A DNA stretch of 52,426 nucleotides, the filler included, from Bipalium vagum (taxonomy: Eukaryota), in assembly GCA_037834085.1 (NCBI GenBank). It is 3 parts of 3 records of this genome, joined end to end, with 100 filler letters (N's around TTAATTAATTAA, not from the genome) between each part and the next. Parts side by side here need not be neighbours in the genome. Positions count along the whole stretch, not along the records: positions 1 to 16,532 come from JBBMKC010106662.1; positions 16,633 to 34,729 come from JBBMKC010040857.1; 1 more part is not named here. One strand, 5' to 3'. The notes beneath the pieces are model-generated. The model was given only the letters and a program-made list of their open reading frames with translations, had not been told where the DNA came from and ran no database searches. A program made the position numbers and the translations under genes. This document shows positions 13,195 to 26,830 of this stretch, in pieces (within the stretch, counting starts at the first letter, position 1; every line of letters begins with the position of its first letter).

Positions 13195-13792
13195 ACTTTC
13201 TTCCGTATGTTTCCATTAAAATTTCACAGATTGTTTTTCGTTTTTCCATACTCCTTTCATTCAATTCATGAGGCATCTATTTTCCTCCAACTTGTATTTT
13301 TTTCTTACCGTGTTGTCGATTGTAAATTGTGTGTTGAGACACATAAAGTTTGGTAGCAAGTTGTTTTTACATTTGAATATTATCTTGGGCTAATAGGTCT
13401 TCTAATTCTGCATCTTCAATTTTTTTTGTTGACCTTGGTATTCCCTATTTTTGAGATGATAATCGCCTGTTCTGAATAGCTTAAACCAGCGTTCTCAAAT
13501 GTCTACCGATGGATCATGATTTTCATAAGCTTCTCGAAGTAGGATACAGCTTTTTGCAGTGGTTTTCTTTAAATTGAATAATAACAGTATAGAATGCCGC
13601 AAATGCTCTTTTGTTGGCTTGTATTTTGACATCTAGATTATTAAATATTTTTAAATTTGAAACTGTTTTTAATTTTACCTTTAGAAAGCTTTATGAAAAA
13701 TATTATTAAAATGATAAAAAAATCATTAAATAGATATAAGAAATAAATATTTAAGTTTTAAAAAATCCGCAGAATTAATTGATACACCTAAC
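13195..13792 (-). mobile_element. 5' half of a mauritiana (Mos1-like) mariner
   Basis: MSKYKPTKEHLRH...ERWFKLFRTGDY...EDAELEDLLAQD...MPHELNERSMEKRKTICEILMETYGRKSF, colinear with Mos1. ATG at 13632; TIR-like end near 13790. Confidence 0.85.
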
Positions 13793-14569
13793 ATTAAATC
13801 TGGCAACCAACTGAATGTCATATTGATTCATTTTACCTGGTTCCCAGATTTAAGAGATCCGAATTATTTAACAATATTAATAATTTTAGTATCTGTGGTA
13901 CGTACATCAGGTATTAACACTTACTTAATGTATTAACAATTTATGAAAATAGAGATTATTATTATTTGATTATTTAAAGTTTTATTACCTGCAATCAGTC
14001 TTGAACTCATATGTTTAAATTAAATTTATTTAAATATTTAATAATGGTTTATAGATCTGAATAGATTTGTAATCAAATATGATAAACAAGCTAACAAATA
14101 AAATATTTTTACTATTTACGATATTTGTCTTCGTCTGTAGTATGTATCTAATTCCTTTCAAATTCCGCATTTGCGATCTATTCTGTTTTGATTTTTTTGG
14201 TCCTAAGTGATTTTCTTTGGCATCCACTATGTTTTTGCGTATTTTGATACTGAAATACATTTTTTTTAATCATATCAAAATGTTTTATTTTATTTTTTCC
14301 ATTTTCTAAAGTTAGTAACTTAATTTTAATATTTTTAGATTTTACATAAAATTATTTACTATAATTCTATTTTAAGTAACATTAAATTTTATATAAAACA
14401 ATTATAATTAGTAACTCTATGTTACTAATTAATTTTTTGACAAATTTTACACAATTAATTATCACAAATGATTATTTTTTAATTAATTATAAATTAAATT
14501 AATTTATATATTATTTTTAATAATTTTATATTTTGTAAATAATTTTATTTGATAATTATTTTAACATAA

Positions 14570-15141
14570 GAAAGAAGGGTGGAAGGATTCTGACTCTACG
14601 GATTTTAGCTTTTACAATTAAAACAATAAATACAAATACAATTTATTTTTCAATCCATGAATAATAAAAGGTTCGGATCGAATACATAAAATCAAATGAT
14701 CAATGTTTATATGGAATTGATGGATCAAGGCATTTTTATTTTTCCTATTATTATGCTAGAGGATCTAACGGTAGGCCTTGCACTGCTAGAGTCTTTTCGG
14801 TCGTACCGGTTCGGACTCATCTAACGACTCTAGGACCCATCATTATCTAAAATAGTAGAGTTTGGTTCTTTTTTTTCTTTAACTTTACGACATTTTGACA
14901 ATTTAAATTTGATTTGATTTATTGATTAATATTATATTTCATTATACTCGATTGATTTTATATTTATTGATTGTTCGTGATATGTTGTGAATTAGAATCA
15001 ATTTTTTCAATGTTGTGCTTGAATATTTTCGGACATCCATTTGTCTTAGAGATAAAGTTTTATTGTGATCTATTTGACATTAGTGAAAGGATCAGTAAAA
15101 TAAGTGTTACGAAAGTTTTCATACTAATATAAAGAGTAACA
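14570..15141 (+). mobile_element. LTR-like element, 5' end unclear (copy C)
   Basis: Shares the hairpin core (14770-14841) and 3' end (agtgaaaggatcagt...gttacgaaagttttcata...gagtaaca) with copies A and B. Confidence 0.6.
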
Positions 15142-15169
15142 AATATAACTTCTATTGATGCAGTATACT

Positions 15170-15600
15170 GCAGAGTGGATTCAGTCTGGGAGGTTCAGCT
15201 CCAAAATTACGGAAATGATTTAACTTGTCAAAACAGTTTATGGCGTCGGTTTTTTGAGATTATTTTAAACAACTAAAACAAAAACAGCTGAATATTATGC
15301 AAATCCTTTGGAATAATTAAATCAAAAAATTTGTAAAAAAATCTTAATTTAACGAAGAAAAAAATTATTTTTTGCCAAGATAATGTGCCAGCTTACAAAA
15401 ATGCACCGGCCAAATTAAAGGAATTACATTATGAATTACTGGTAAATCCGCAATATTCACCAGATCTGTCCCAAATCTAAAAAGTTTCTACATGACAAGA
15501 GTCTCGTCAAATTATGAAGCTATAGCAGCTGTAAATGAATATTTTGAAAGACTTCTAGAAAATCATTCAAGTTTGTAGATAATTGAGAAGAATACTTAAA
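15170..15600 (+). mobile_element. Irritans-type mariner catalytic fragment
   Basis: AEYYANPLE...KKKIIFCQDNVPAYK..AKLKELHYELLVNPQYSPDL. Confidence 0.75.
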
Positions 15601-15820
15601 TTGTCTGAAAAAGATTTGAATGAAAAAATCAAAACATCTATTATAATAGTATTAAAATAGTAAAAATTTTATTCAGAGATTTTTGTTAAAAAGTGTATAT
15701 TTGAAAAAAAAAGATTATTGTTTAATAGATTAAAAAATATATACAAATTCGATCACTTTATTTTTCAGATATAATTATTGTAATTTTCTTTTCAATTTTT
15801 TCTTAATTTAATTTTATATA

Positions 15821-16330
15821 CAGTGAAAGTCGGTTAATACGATATCGTTTAATACGATTTTCTAGATATTACGATATAATTAATTGGAACTTTTTTAATA
15901 CATTTCATTTTGATATATAAAAGCATCGCACAATACGATAAATCGTTTATTACGTTTGAAATTAAATCTTAATTAATTTTTAATATCGCTTAATACAATA
16001 TTTTATATTTAGTTTGATTAAATTTACACAAAAACCAAAAATTTTTCAGTAAATAATAAAAGTATAAAAAATGAATACTAAAAGGAAAGATTTATGTTTA
16101 TGATTAGCGAAATATTTTTTCGCAATGAGAAAGATACGGTGATGCGACATCAAAATTGTACCGCTGTTGAACTGGATAATGCTCTGCTTATGTGGTTTAA
16201 AGAGAGACGTGATCAAAATTGCGTGATATCTGGTCCGTTTTATAAAGCATTACCCAATGGAACATTACATTTTTTTAAAAATGTGTGGAGCATCCCACAA
16301 TGAATATTTTTAATTAACAATTTAACAATT
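15821..16330 (+). mobile_element. pogo/Tigger-like internally deleted element
   Basis: TA|CAGTGAAAGTCGGTTAATACGA end with reiterated (t)aatacga subterminal motifs. ELDNALLMWFKERRDQNCVISGP (CENP-B-type HTH) is joined directly to FYKALPNGTL. Confidence 0.75.
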
Positions 16331-16532
16331 TTAGTGATCCATGTGTTATAATTTGAATAAATATTTTATTTTTATTTTTATGTAAAGATTTGATAGATAG
16401 AATTTTCTCTTTCAATTAATTATTATTATTATTATTACTGTTATTGGTAATATTGGAACCCGTAAGAAAATATGAGAATTTAGTATAAAATTAAAATTAG
16501 AAACTAAATAGTTTCTAATAATAGAAAAACAT

Positions 16533-16632
16533 NNNNNNNNNNNNNNNNNNNNNNNNNNNNNNNNNNNNNNNNNNNNTTAATTAATTAANNNNNNNNNNNN
16601 NNNNNNNNNNNNNNNNNNNNNNNNNNNNNNNN
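16533..16632. other. Assembly gap with artificial six-frame-stop linker
   Basis: 44 N + TTAATTAATTAA (16577-16588) + 44 N = 100 nt. Confidence 0.97.

Positions 16633-16700
<68 letters not shown>
16633..16700. repeat. (TAA)n microsatellite
   Basis: Perfect TAA run abutting the gap. Confidence 0.97.
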
Positions 16701-16703
<3 letters not shown>

Positions 16704-17541
16704 GTAGAATCATTAAAACCGTGACGTGAAATAACAATAAGTCCCCAAACTAACAACTATTTCGTCCCACGAAAGCAGACAGTTTATTATAACTTTTTAA
16801 TATTTAATGAGTAAATATGAAATATCAATATAAACGTAGTCCCGTTTTGCAGCACGAACAGAAAAATTGTTGAACTTTTTTTTAATGTTGTACAACGTTT
16901 CAGAAAAAAAATGGGATCAGGAATTCTAAAAATTCTTCAATCATTGAGTGTGTCTGAGAAATTTAGATCAAAGACAGTAATGGCACTGATAGTTATTGTA
17001 AATTAATAAGGGGAAATATGACCTTCATAATTTATTCAATGATTTTCAATAAAATTAAAACAATAAATAAATAATAATCCTTAAACTTGGTGAAAAATAT
17101 GAAGTGCTTTGTCAGATCAATTGAATTTTTAACTTTATTTTCATAATTTATATTATTTAATTTATGATAATATAAAGTATTTATTAATAATTTAAAATTT
17201 ACAAATAAAATTTTAATTAATTAAAATCATTAAAATAAATATAATTTAAAGAAAATTAATAAATTCACAAATTGAGAAATTAATTAATTATAAATATAAT
17301 AATGTGGAATATTAATAAAATTAATATTAATCAATTATATTATAATATTTTAAATTTTTCAAATCAATAATTAAAAAAATTAAATATCCATGTTACCATA
17401 ATAAAATTTTTATGGAAAATTCATATTTTTGGGGCGGAAATAAAATATTCCATTTTTACGGCCATTAAACCAATCGATGCAAAAAAAATAAAAGGAAAAA
17501 TTACATAAACTAAAATTTTTATTTTTTTAAAGTTAGTAAAT

Positions 17542-17989
17542 ATGTGGTTTCAACGTGATGGGGCTACATGTCATACTGCCAATGCAACAATGGGTTTTTT
17601 AAGAACTCTGTTTCCGGGCTGGTTAATCTCTAAATCAGGAGATGTTGATTGGCCCCCCAGATCGCCAGATTTAACAGTCTTGGACTTTTTTTCTATGAAG
17701 TTACTTAAAGGCCAAGACTATGCTGATAAACGAATTACTCTTATGGACCTCAAACAAAATATCCAGAAGGCTGTTCTAGATATTTACCAGGAATTATGTG
17801 AAAAAGTAATGGAGATACCATGAAAAGAGGACGTGAGGCAAGGCATCCAGAGTTGACCATTTGGAAAATATTTTTTTACATATGTAACCTTTGTATCTAA
17901 ATAAATTACTTCAGAAAAAAGTCTTCGTCTTCATTTTTATAAAAAAATATTTATAAAATTAATCATGTAGTTACTTATGGATGACCCTG
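17542..17989 (+). mobile_element. 3' end of a DD41D (rosa-like) transposon
   Basis: WFQRDGATCHTA...LISKSGDVDWPPRSPDLTVLDFF; ends in ttatggatgaccctg|TA (CAGGG-type TIR). Confidence 0.85.
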
Positions 17990-18689
17990 TATTTTACATA
18001 TAATGTTATATCTTTGTTACTTTTCCGAATGGAACATTGACGTTAAGAGATCTTCCGCTCTTCTATGCCCCATTTTTATTCGCTAAATAACTTCTTTTCC
18101 ATAGTTAGTTCTTTGGTATTCGATTTTTTAGCTCAGCAAAACATAAATATCATAATTAAATATATTCAGGTTACATTTTTCTAAGAAATAGAAATTACGA
18201 AAATTAATGTCCGTTTTTAATTTAAAAATTATACAAATAAAAAAAGAAATTTACAATTTACATAAAAAAGATTTAAATGTTCGCCTTAAAATGATATTTA
18301 TTATAAATGCTTTAAAACAAAAGATAAATCGTTAAAATAACGATTAATAAATGACTGACGAGTTTATGTTTCAAACACACTCATATTCAATAAGATTTCG
18401 TTTTTTATTTTATTAATTTAATCGATTATCCTTCCTTTGTAAATCAAACATTCCTTCCAAGAAATCATATTATTTTATACAATTTAAATAATATTTAAAA
18501 TCTAACAAATTAAGAATACTGCCTCTGACGAAGCTGGAGAATAGAAAAGGAGACCTTGAATGACTATTTATATGTTTTGCGTCTGTAATGATCTGTAAAA
18601 TTTGAAAGTGCATTGAAAACGTTTATTATTGCACAAGAAAATTACATCAATCGATAACGAAATACCATTAGTAATAAATCTTCTTGAAT

Positions 18690-19150
18690 GCCGTTTCCAC
18701 AAAAACAATTCAGAATTGTTTTGCAAAAGCTAAATTTATTCTTCACGATAAAATAAATGAAATGCAAAAATTTGGTGATGACGAAGAAATGATGAAGAAA
18801 TTAAATTACTCTGGCAATTTGTAAGAGAGGTTAATGGATAGATGATTAAATTAGCTTAGATGAGTATATCTCACTAGATCAGCAGATAACTACATATGGA
18901 ATACCATCTTTGAAAGACATTGCTACATCTATAACAGTGAATAGTATTGATGATAAAGAGAGGGAGCCTGAACTAGTCACAGTTTCAGATAAAGAAGCAA
19001 GACAGGCATGGTATATTTTACGGCGTTTTTAGAAAAAATGAAAATGTTTCAGCCATTTTGAAAATATGTTATAAAATCGATGACATACTGGACATGATTC
19101 GCTTGAAGAATTTGAAACAAAAATTATGTTTGAATATCAAATAAATAAAT
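18690..19150 (+). mobile_element. Tigger-like transposase C-terminal relic
   Basis: DEYISLDQQITTYG...acidic tract...VSDKEARQAWYILRRFLE...KNLKQK, typical of Tigger-type C-termini. Confidence 0.55.
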
Positions 19151-19719
19151 TGTGATATGGTGTTATTTTTCTGACTATTTTAATTTTAAAACACGAGGGT
19201 TCTAACAAAAGTTCTCTAAAAATTACTGACCTTCTTCTGGGGATTGACTCCGAGAACCTTTTAATTCTATCCACTGGATGACTATGTAATTAAAATTGGT
19301 AAAATACTCCATAACGACAGTTTGGCCGTTCCAGAGGGGTATCGTTATAAAGAGGTTTAACTGTAAAGGGTATCAATTAAAAACTTTCGTTAGTTCACCG
19401 AGAAATACTCTTTATAATAAAGAATTCTTTTTATTTCGCTGGAAAATTATTTATTATACTGAAGCAAACATTTGCACCTTACCCTTCAGAGGTGTCCAGT
19501 GTTATGTAACAATCCAATATTTCCTACTTTCTCTTCAATAATAATCCTTCTTTGGTCAAACCTTTATCCATATTTTGTAACTTTTACATTCCAAGAGCTT
19601 CTTAAATATTATGGATTTTTGCAAATTCTCTGTTTTTTAGTAACCTCAAAACAATCCTGAGCCAAAATATAAAAGATTTAGTTGAACGAATTACCTTCTA
19701 CGTTCACTTACAGTGTTTT

Positions 19720-20400
19720 GTCATTATTGGGCAAAGAATGAATGCCCTTCCAAAAACCAAAGGAAGAATTAATCACCATCTGTGATTTATCAATTTCAAT
19801 AGCTTAAGTGACTGAATCCAATTCATCAATGGTCAAGCTCGGTGGTTTCTTGAAAATCAATTTTTATTCCCAGTAACAATTATCCACAGAATTTCACTTG
19901 TATCACTTCAGGTAAACTGCTTCAAAACCAACCCTCAGGCTTTGTTTAGAGTTTGTTAAGTGATTTGAGACCAGAAACATTTGATTTCTCCATTTCCAAA
20001 AGTCAAAATTAAAATCGCTAATTTTACGTATATAAAGTCTCTAAACCAATTCTGCATTTGATACCCCCATAGAGTTCATGCTAAAAGTTTCTCTGATAGA
20101 TAACTTGGTATCGATAGTGGGTACGCAAAATTAAGTAGAACTAGATCGATGTTTTCTTTGCAAAAATTTTTGATATAACAACTCTCTTGATCATCATTCA
20201 TTCTTCAGCTGATTCCGAATGATCATCCGGTTGTCATATGTAGCGAATGGGGTCTTTTCTATGAAACCATCTCGCTGAGGGTACTGGAATCCCGCAACTA
20301 AAACGACCACTCATAGCCTGGTCATCTATGCAACTGAGGTTCTTACACTATTTAATCCGTATTGGATCTGTTTGATTACAAAAGTCATTTCAGCAAATCA
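19720..20400 (-). mobile_element. Highly degenerate mariner
   Basis: Minus-strand remnants RTSVA/DDQAMSGR, LVSNHLT (WVPHxLT) and IIVTGNKN (IVTGDEK). A mariner-like end cgagggttctaacaaaagtt lies near 19193. Confidence 0.45.
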
Positions 20401-21199
20401 AAACGTTTCTTCTAATAGATTTAAGTTAATAAAACAGCAAGGCTTTTCGCAAAGCCCTTATAATTAAAGTGCCAACACATTCGATGATATTCCATTTATA
20501 ATTTGGGACGAACACAACCGTGAAGCGCTTATTAAAATAAATATACTGATGATTGAAAAAGTTCGCGAAATAAATTTTCGTAATTTAGATATATTTTCTG
20601 GTGATAAAGCCCGTTTTGAAATCCCTCAGATCTGATTAAATCTCAAGTCTAAAATTCTCACCTTTACTAAAAATATTGCATTGGCATCGGTGACTTTCGT
20701 CTATTTTTAAATATCGAATATATTCCGCGAACGAAGGACTCCGAAGTTTTCAGTCTCCTGAAGGTTTCAGTTTTATACCTTCTTTTGAAGATCTTTAAGA
20801 TAGCTTTATTAATCTTCAGAAAGCGGTTATCATTTCCAGCAGAACAAATGACAGATTCGACAGAAAATTATTTGGTGAAAGTAATAGGTAATAATAATAC
20901 TTCCCAGTATGAAAAGTAGCTCCGTCTCGAAAGAGTATTCTGAAAAATTTTCAACTACAGTTTTCTTAGTGGTTTAATAATGCAATCACACTTTTCCAAT
21001 GTGCTGATATAATGTTGACATTTTTGAACTGTTTTATTACCTAACCAGAAAAAAAAGAAAATGAAGGACTATTAGGTATAATACAAACCCTTTGAACAAA
21101 ATTTACTTGTCTCTCATTGTACCATTTGTTTCTGTTATTTGCGTAGTGACACCTTGATAAGTCAGGTAATAGCAAAGGTTTCACTATGTTTTCTTTTCA

Positions 21200-21652
21200 T
21201 TTATGTTTTTCATTTACAAGCACTCATCTACATTCGCAAAACATTCCATCATCCCTAATCGCACATTCATGCTTTATAATTTGTGTGCCCTAGAACTTTA
21301 GTCAAAGAAATTTTGCAGTTATATTTTGTTTGGCGTCACGATCTGTATCTTGCGATTTGTAACGTCTCAAGCCAAATATTTTAAAAATGATTGTGAGGGT
21401 CCGGAATAAAACCTTGATATTTTTTTTAAAGTTTCTTTGAGAAATCATTGAGCAGTATTATTTTTAATTTGGTTGTGTTTACTATTTCCAGGTATTCTTT
21501 CAATGGTCGAAGGTTTCCTGAATGTTTTTAACAGCTTTCCGACTCTGGAATTTGGTAAAGCAACCTTTTTGAAAATTATCGAATAGTCAATCCTTCATTT
21601 GAAATATATTCGTGAAAGATTATTTTTCTTCTTTCTAATTCCTTAGGCATAT
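21200..21652 (-). mobile_element. DD37E-like (ITmD37E) transposase N-terminal relic
   Basis: MPKELERRKII...GLRRYKSQDTDRDAKQNITAK...SRAHKL...CAIRDDG. Resemblance to DD37E transposases is from memory of that family. Confidence 0.5.
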
Positions 21653-21899
21653 TTTCCAAGAATGAAAAATAAATCAATAAACCTCAAATATTCGTTTATC
21701 CTTCCATTCACCATCCACCATGACTTTGAATTTTATTAATTTTAAAAATTATTTTTAAAGATACAGCAGTGTAAAAGTGTTCGGATTTTGCTGTTTTCCT
21801 TCTTTATTATATATGCGTACATTTATTTATTTATATAAATTATCTAATAAATTATCTTGTATTGCAAAAGAACACTTGAAATTGAGAGGTCAATAAGTT

Positions 21900-22260
21900 C
21901 TATTCGAACAGGTGATAGAATGTCTGAAGTATCCACGGCATTCCTAAGATCTGGTACCAACGGCTTATCATTTCTTAAAGCATCTTTATAAATTTCTGGC
22001 CAAGAAAATCATTTCAAATCCGGAGAATATCGAAATGGTTATCTTCGACTTCATCATTTCCAGAAAACCGGTATTTTTACATAAATGGTGTTCAAAAGGT
22101 ATTTATCAAAACTACGTTGTTCGGAAAATCACGTTGCATTTCTTAGTAAAAAGTAAGACAAAAAGTTTTGTTTGTAATAAATATTTTAATCAATTATGTA
22201 TTGTCCTTTTTGTTCCAAGACCTTCTGCCATCTATCAGGCAATTTGAATATGTATACCTT
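21900..22260 (-). mobile_element. Mariner-like C-terminal fragment
   Basis: RYSPDL motif on the minus strand near 22015-22035. Confidence 0.4.
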
Positions 22261-24329
22261 TAAAATGATTTAAGTGCTTAAAATTAAGATTTAAAGATAG
22301 ATATAAAAAAAGCGAAGTGACTTTCCGAAACAACACAATATATAGAGAGATTTACTGAAACATAAGGATTTACATTTATAAGTTCTCTAATGTTAAAGGG
22401 GTTTATACAATACCCCTTTAATGAACATCACAATGCCTATCGGCTTAGAATACAGTAGTGTCACCCTCACTTCTTAATTTCTCTCTTCTTTCTATACTTG
22501 ACCTCTTCCTACCAGGTAACGTCTTAATAAGTTAAAATAATTTATATTTCTATATCCATTAACATTTGAATCTCAGCCACCAAGAGCTGGCATAGAAATT
22601 ATTAACAATATTTTATTTTTTCCTTTAAATGGTGTAACCACATCCACATATATACTGCAAACGAACGAAGGAAATAACTCCTTTTACGACCAGGTACACC
22701 AGAAGGCGAGGGAGATTTGGGTTTGGGTTTCCGTCGCGATAGTTAGGGGAAATATCTCCAAACATTTACCGTCGGCTCAGCTAGACTTGTTGTAACAAGA
22801 TTAAAGACAATAATTAATTTCGACTATCTGAGAGCAATTATCATTACTGTTCCTTTTCGCCGCTACCAAAGCGTGAATATGACTTGGACAATTATATTGG
22901 AACTACGGGTCGCATAACGGTACCCCTCGCTGTTTCTCAATTGATTATTATCCGCAGATCTCTGTTGTTAATAAACGTTTTTAAATTCAAATTCACCGAG
23001 AACGACTGAACCAGCTCGTTCAGTTTTCAATGAAAATCAATAAAAAGGTATAATGGATCAGGTAAATTATTAATGTCTAAATTGTCATAAAATCGATTCG
23101 TAAATATTTCACGCTTCAGTACTTCCTAAAATAAAATGAATGGATGATTGCTGATGGATAATGAGAAATTTAGCTTTTAGGCCTGTTGCAGATATAAAAA
23201 AATTATTTATTTTCTCAATATTTCTATTAAAAATAATCCAAGGATACGATATAAGGTGACACAAGTTGAAAGGTTGTCACTAAAAGTTAATAATAATTAA
23301 TTAATTAAAACAAATAATGTTAATATTAAATAATAATAATAATAATTTATTATTGAAAGGAATTAAATCAATAGTTGTGTTTATTTTCCTTTTGTAATTA
23401 TATATTTTCGTCTGACTTTAAATGGTAATAGATTCTTTTGTTGTAAAATGGAAAAAAGTCTCCTCGGTGACAGAAACAGGTCTCTATTTATAATTTCTGT
23501 TAAACTAATAGCCCTAAAATCTTTTCAGTCTATAAAACAATTATTAGTTCCCCTTGTTAATCTCCTTTTACTAATACCTGTTCCACCAAACTTTTCAAAA
23601 CCGGAAATTTAATAAAATATTAAAAGAAATAAAAATAGAACCATACCAGAATTATTATGATCAAATAATAATAATATGAGTAAATTTATTAATGTATAAT
23701 ATGAATAATTTTAACTTAACAAGAAGTCCACTTTGAAATATTTTATTTATATTATATTTATTATCAGTTAATATTAATAAATTTTCTGTTCTCAAATAGC
23801 AATGTTATTTGTTATTAAATACTGCGTTTATGACTTTCAATTATTTCATTATAAATTACAGTTTGTTTAACTACACTATTTTATTATTATTGTCAAATCA
23901 CATTTATTTGAAAGTTCATTTGGTGGACAGCAAAATATCATTCATTTTCATTAATTCAATAAATTTCATTTCAATGTTTTCATTTAGAAATGCCAGGTAG
24001 ATAAAATCAACATTTCAGACATCTTACATTTTATTCTCTTTTAATCACGGTCTTTAAAACTTCGTGAACCATTGGTAAATAGTTTCAGTGTTGCCTACTG
24101 AAAAAGTACAATTGTTTGATCAATCGGTTGGGACGGCTATTCGAGTTTGATGGGGATTATTTGATTGCCCTATTGAAAGATAAATATTCTGTTGGCACAT
24201 AATTCCTTTCTGTTACTAAGAATAAAATGAAACTGTTTCGTATAGTTAGAAAAAAGTAGCTTTGATGGCAAATTTTATAACAATTTTTATTTATGTGTCA
24301 GATTATGTTTTTCTTTAAGTAACCTATTT

Positions 24330-25050
24330 TTTGACGAATATTCAAAGTGGTACATACTTATGTTTATTTCAAGAATATTTGCTTTTATTACTTCAACATT
24401 GGTAAACGAGCTGCTGATGCTTTTAATTATTTCATGTATGAGCAGCTGATATGCTATATATCGTGTAATAGATAGTATGTGCCTGAAATGGTTTTCGAAA
24501 TTCCATGCGAGAGATTTTGATGTAATCTTTTTATAATGCTCCGATCGTTCTAGTGACATTGAGAGAAGTGCTCAAACAAAAAATCGATGTAAATCCATCC
24601 CAAACAGATAGAGAGGTAGCTGAAAGAATAAAAGTATTGCACACATCTGTAAAATAAAAAAAAAACTTTTCTTGTCATAAAATGAAGCCAAGGAACACAT
24701 TCCTATCTGCGACCCACTGCTGAAACGTCATTATACCAACCCATTTATGAAACAATTGGTTATATGGGTTGAAAAGTGGGTTGTTTCTAATAACATGGTA
24801 CGCAAGGGATAAAGTGACGATCCACCACAAACAACATCAAGTAGAATTTCACTCCAAAAAGTAATGGTTTCGATTTGGAGGGGTTTCAGAGATTTCATAT
24901 TCTGAAACCTGGTATAACGATCACTTCGGATCTGTACACCAATTAACAAAATAAACCCAGTCAATCTAAGAAAAACGTCCAAAATTGTCAAATCGGCAAT
25001 TCTTGAATTATGTTTTCATTAAAAGCAAAAAATCTTATTTGCCAACCCAA
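24330..25050 (+). mobile_element. Internally deleted mellifera-type mariner
   Basis: CLKWFSKFHARDFDV; PFMKQLVIWVEKWVV; HSKKVMVSIWRGF; right TIR cttatttgccaacccaa|TA. Confidence 0.8.
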
Positions 25051-25758
25051 TAGAGTTCCATAACTATTCGACACTACGTTCAATAAGTAAAATATCATGA
25101 AAACCGAGAAACTTGTTTAACAGCGAAATATTTCTGCCAAGGTATTAAGCCAACATATCAAAACTTAAAATTCACAAACGCAGTTGAAAAAGGTTCTCGA
25201 ACCTCGTGCAGCCATCCATGAATTAAGAACGAAGTAAGAAAAGGTAAAGAGAAAAACTGTTTTAATTTCAACATTCCCAAATAGTTTTTACATTAATTCT
25301 TTCACGGACAATAATTGTGGGATTCTGTGTATGCGAAAATGAAATTCCATTTGTACATGTACATTTTGTTGAAGGGCATTTACGAAAAGACAGAAACTAA
25401 TGAAAATTTCCCATTAATGTCATCAAAGAGTTTGTCAACTGAATTGTTGAAAGCCTACTTAAAATATAATAGACGTAATGATAGACTTAAGAAAGAATTG
25501 AGATAAAAAACATTTGTTGTCACGGTAACGGTTTTCGTCGATACATGTATAGGCATAGACAAAGTCATTCTTTTAAACAATATTAAAATTGGTAAAAAAA
25601 ATAATATAATAATAATTCGTTCTTGAGAAAACTGTTCACCAGAGTCATAGAAGCTCACTGATATATATTATATTAATTTTTTAAAAATAGGGAATTTTTT
25701 GTTTTAATAAATGGAGTTATTTTTTAAAGTATTATTATTAATAGGGCTACGGGTTTTA

Positions 25759-26830
25759 TTGGGTTGAGTAAAGTCTTTTCGTTGTTTTTTATTGACTTAA
25801 ATAAGAAAAATATTGAAAGTCTGAATCATTTAAAACATACGAAATATATTTGTTTTAATACTCAACATTGGACTCTCATTGTAAGTACGTTATTCTTTAC
25901 AAACTTTTTTATTCTTATGATTTGAAATTGTAGGGAAAGCATAAAAGAAAATAATCAATATTTCGTTGCTTCATGTTGTTTTATTTTCGTAAAAGCAAAA
26001 TTGCAATGCAGACCGAAAGGAAATTTGGGAAATGTATGGGGAAAGTACGGTGAATAAAGACGTATGTTAGAAGTGATTTAAAAAGTTTCGGGCCGCTGAT
26101 ACAAAGATGGCGAATGTTCAAAGAGACTATTTTTGACACAATTGACATATTCGAAGGTTTCATTAAGGAAAACCCATAATATACGACATTGAGAGTGTTA
26201 TCAATGTATCTCAAAATTCCATTACAAAACATTTGCTTAAGATGAGTTGCGAAATCAGGAAATTCCATTTCTCAAAAGAATTATTATGGGATCTGAAAAA
26301 TGGATTTTATATAAGAATGTCCAGCTCAAAAGATGTTGAGAAAAATGTAGTGAGCACGCACAAACCATAGCAGTGGAGAAATTTCACCAAATAAGGTATT
26401 TTATTGGAAAAAATCAAATATTATGAGCTGATGAGAAAAAAGAAACAATCGATTCCAGTAAGTACTGCACTAAGCTCAATAATTTGAAGGCAACAATAGA
26501 AGAAAAGGTAGCGGGATTAAGCAATAAATATGTTGTGGTCTTTCAAAATTTTGATACCTTGAGACCACATGGTTATTTATAGATCCGACCAAAGGTATTC
26601 TAATTTTCCTGGGTTTTTTGTCCTACCTAGCTTAATCAACAGGTCTGTCACCATCAGATTTTTATTTAGTCGGGCCTTTACAGAATTCGCTTTATGGAAA
26701 AAATTCAGTTCTTTAGAGGACCGCCAAAAGCATCTAGGGGCGTTTATCGATCTGAAGGATGGGGTTATCAAATTACCCGACAGATGGCGAAAATTCGTTG
26801 ATTTAAATGGTGCTTAAATTGTTGAATAAC
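25759..26830 (+). mobile_element. Degenerate mellifera-type mariner
   Basis: TA|ttgggttgagtaaagt TIR; IMGSEKWILYKNV; C-terminal GVIKLPDRWRKFVDLNGA. Confidence 0.8.

Noticed and set aside
14405-14431. TAATTAGTAAC/GTTACTAATTA hairpin, and GTAACATGTTAC palindrome at 4547-4558, resembling tail-to-tail LTR ends
   Set aside because: Short, in extremely AT-rich context, with no adjacent LTR homology.
16577-16588. TTAATTAATTAA palindrome (also 34774-34785) as a biological site
   Set aside because: Centred in N-runs of identical length; an assembly linker.
19238-19280. Reverse-strand tRNA/SINE-like box (gggattgactccgagaacctt...ctatccactg)
   Set aside because: No cloverleaf; spacing too short and too degenerate to call.
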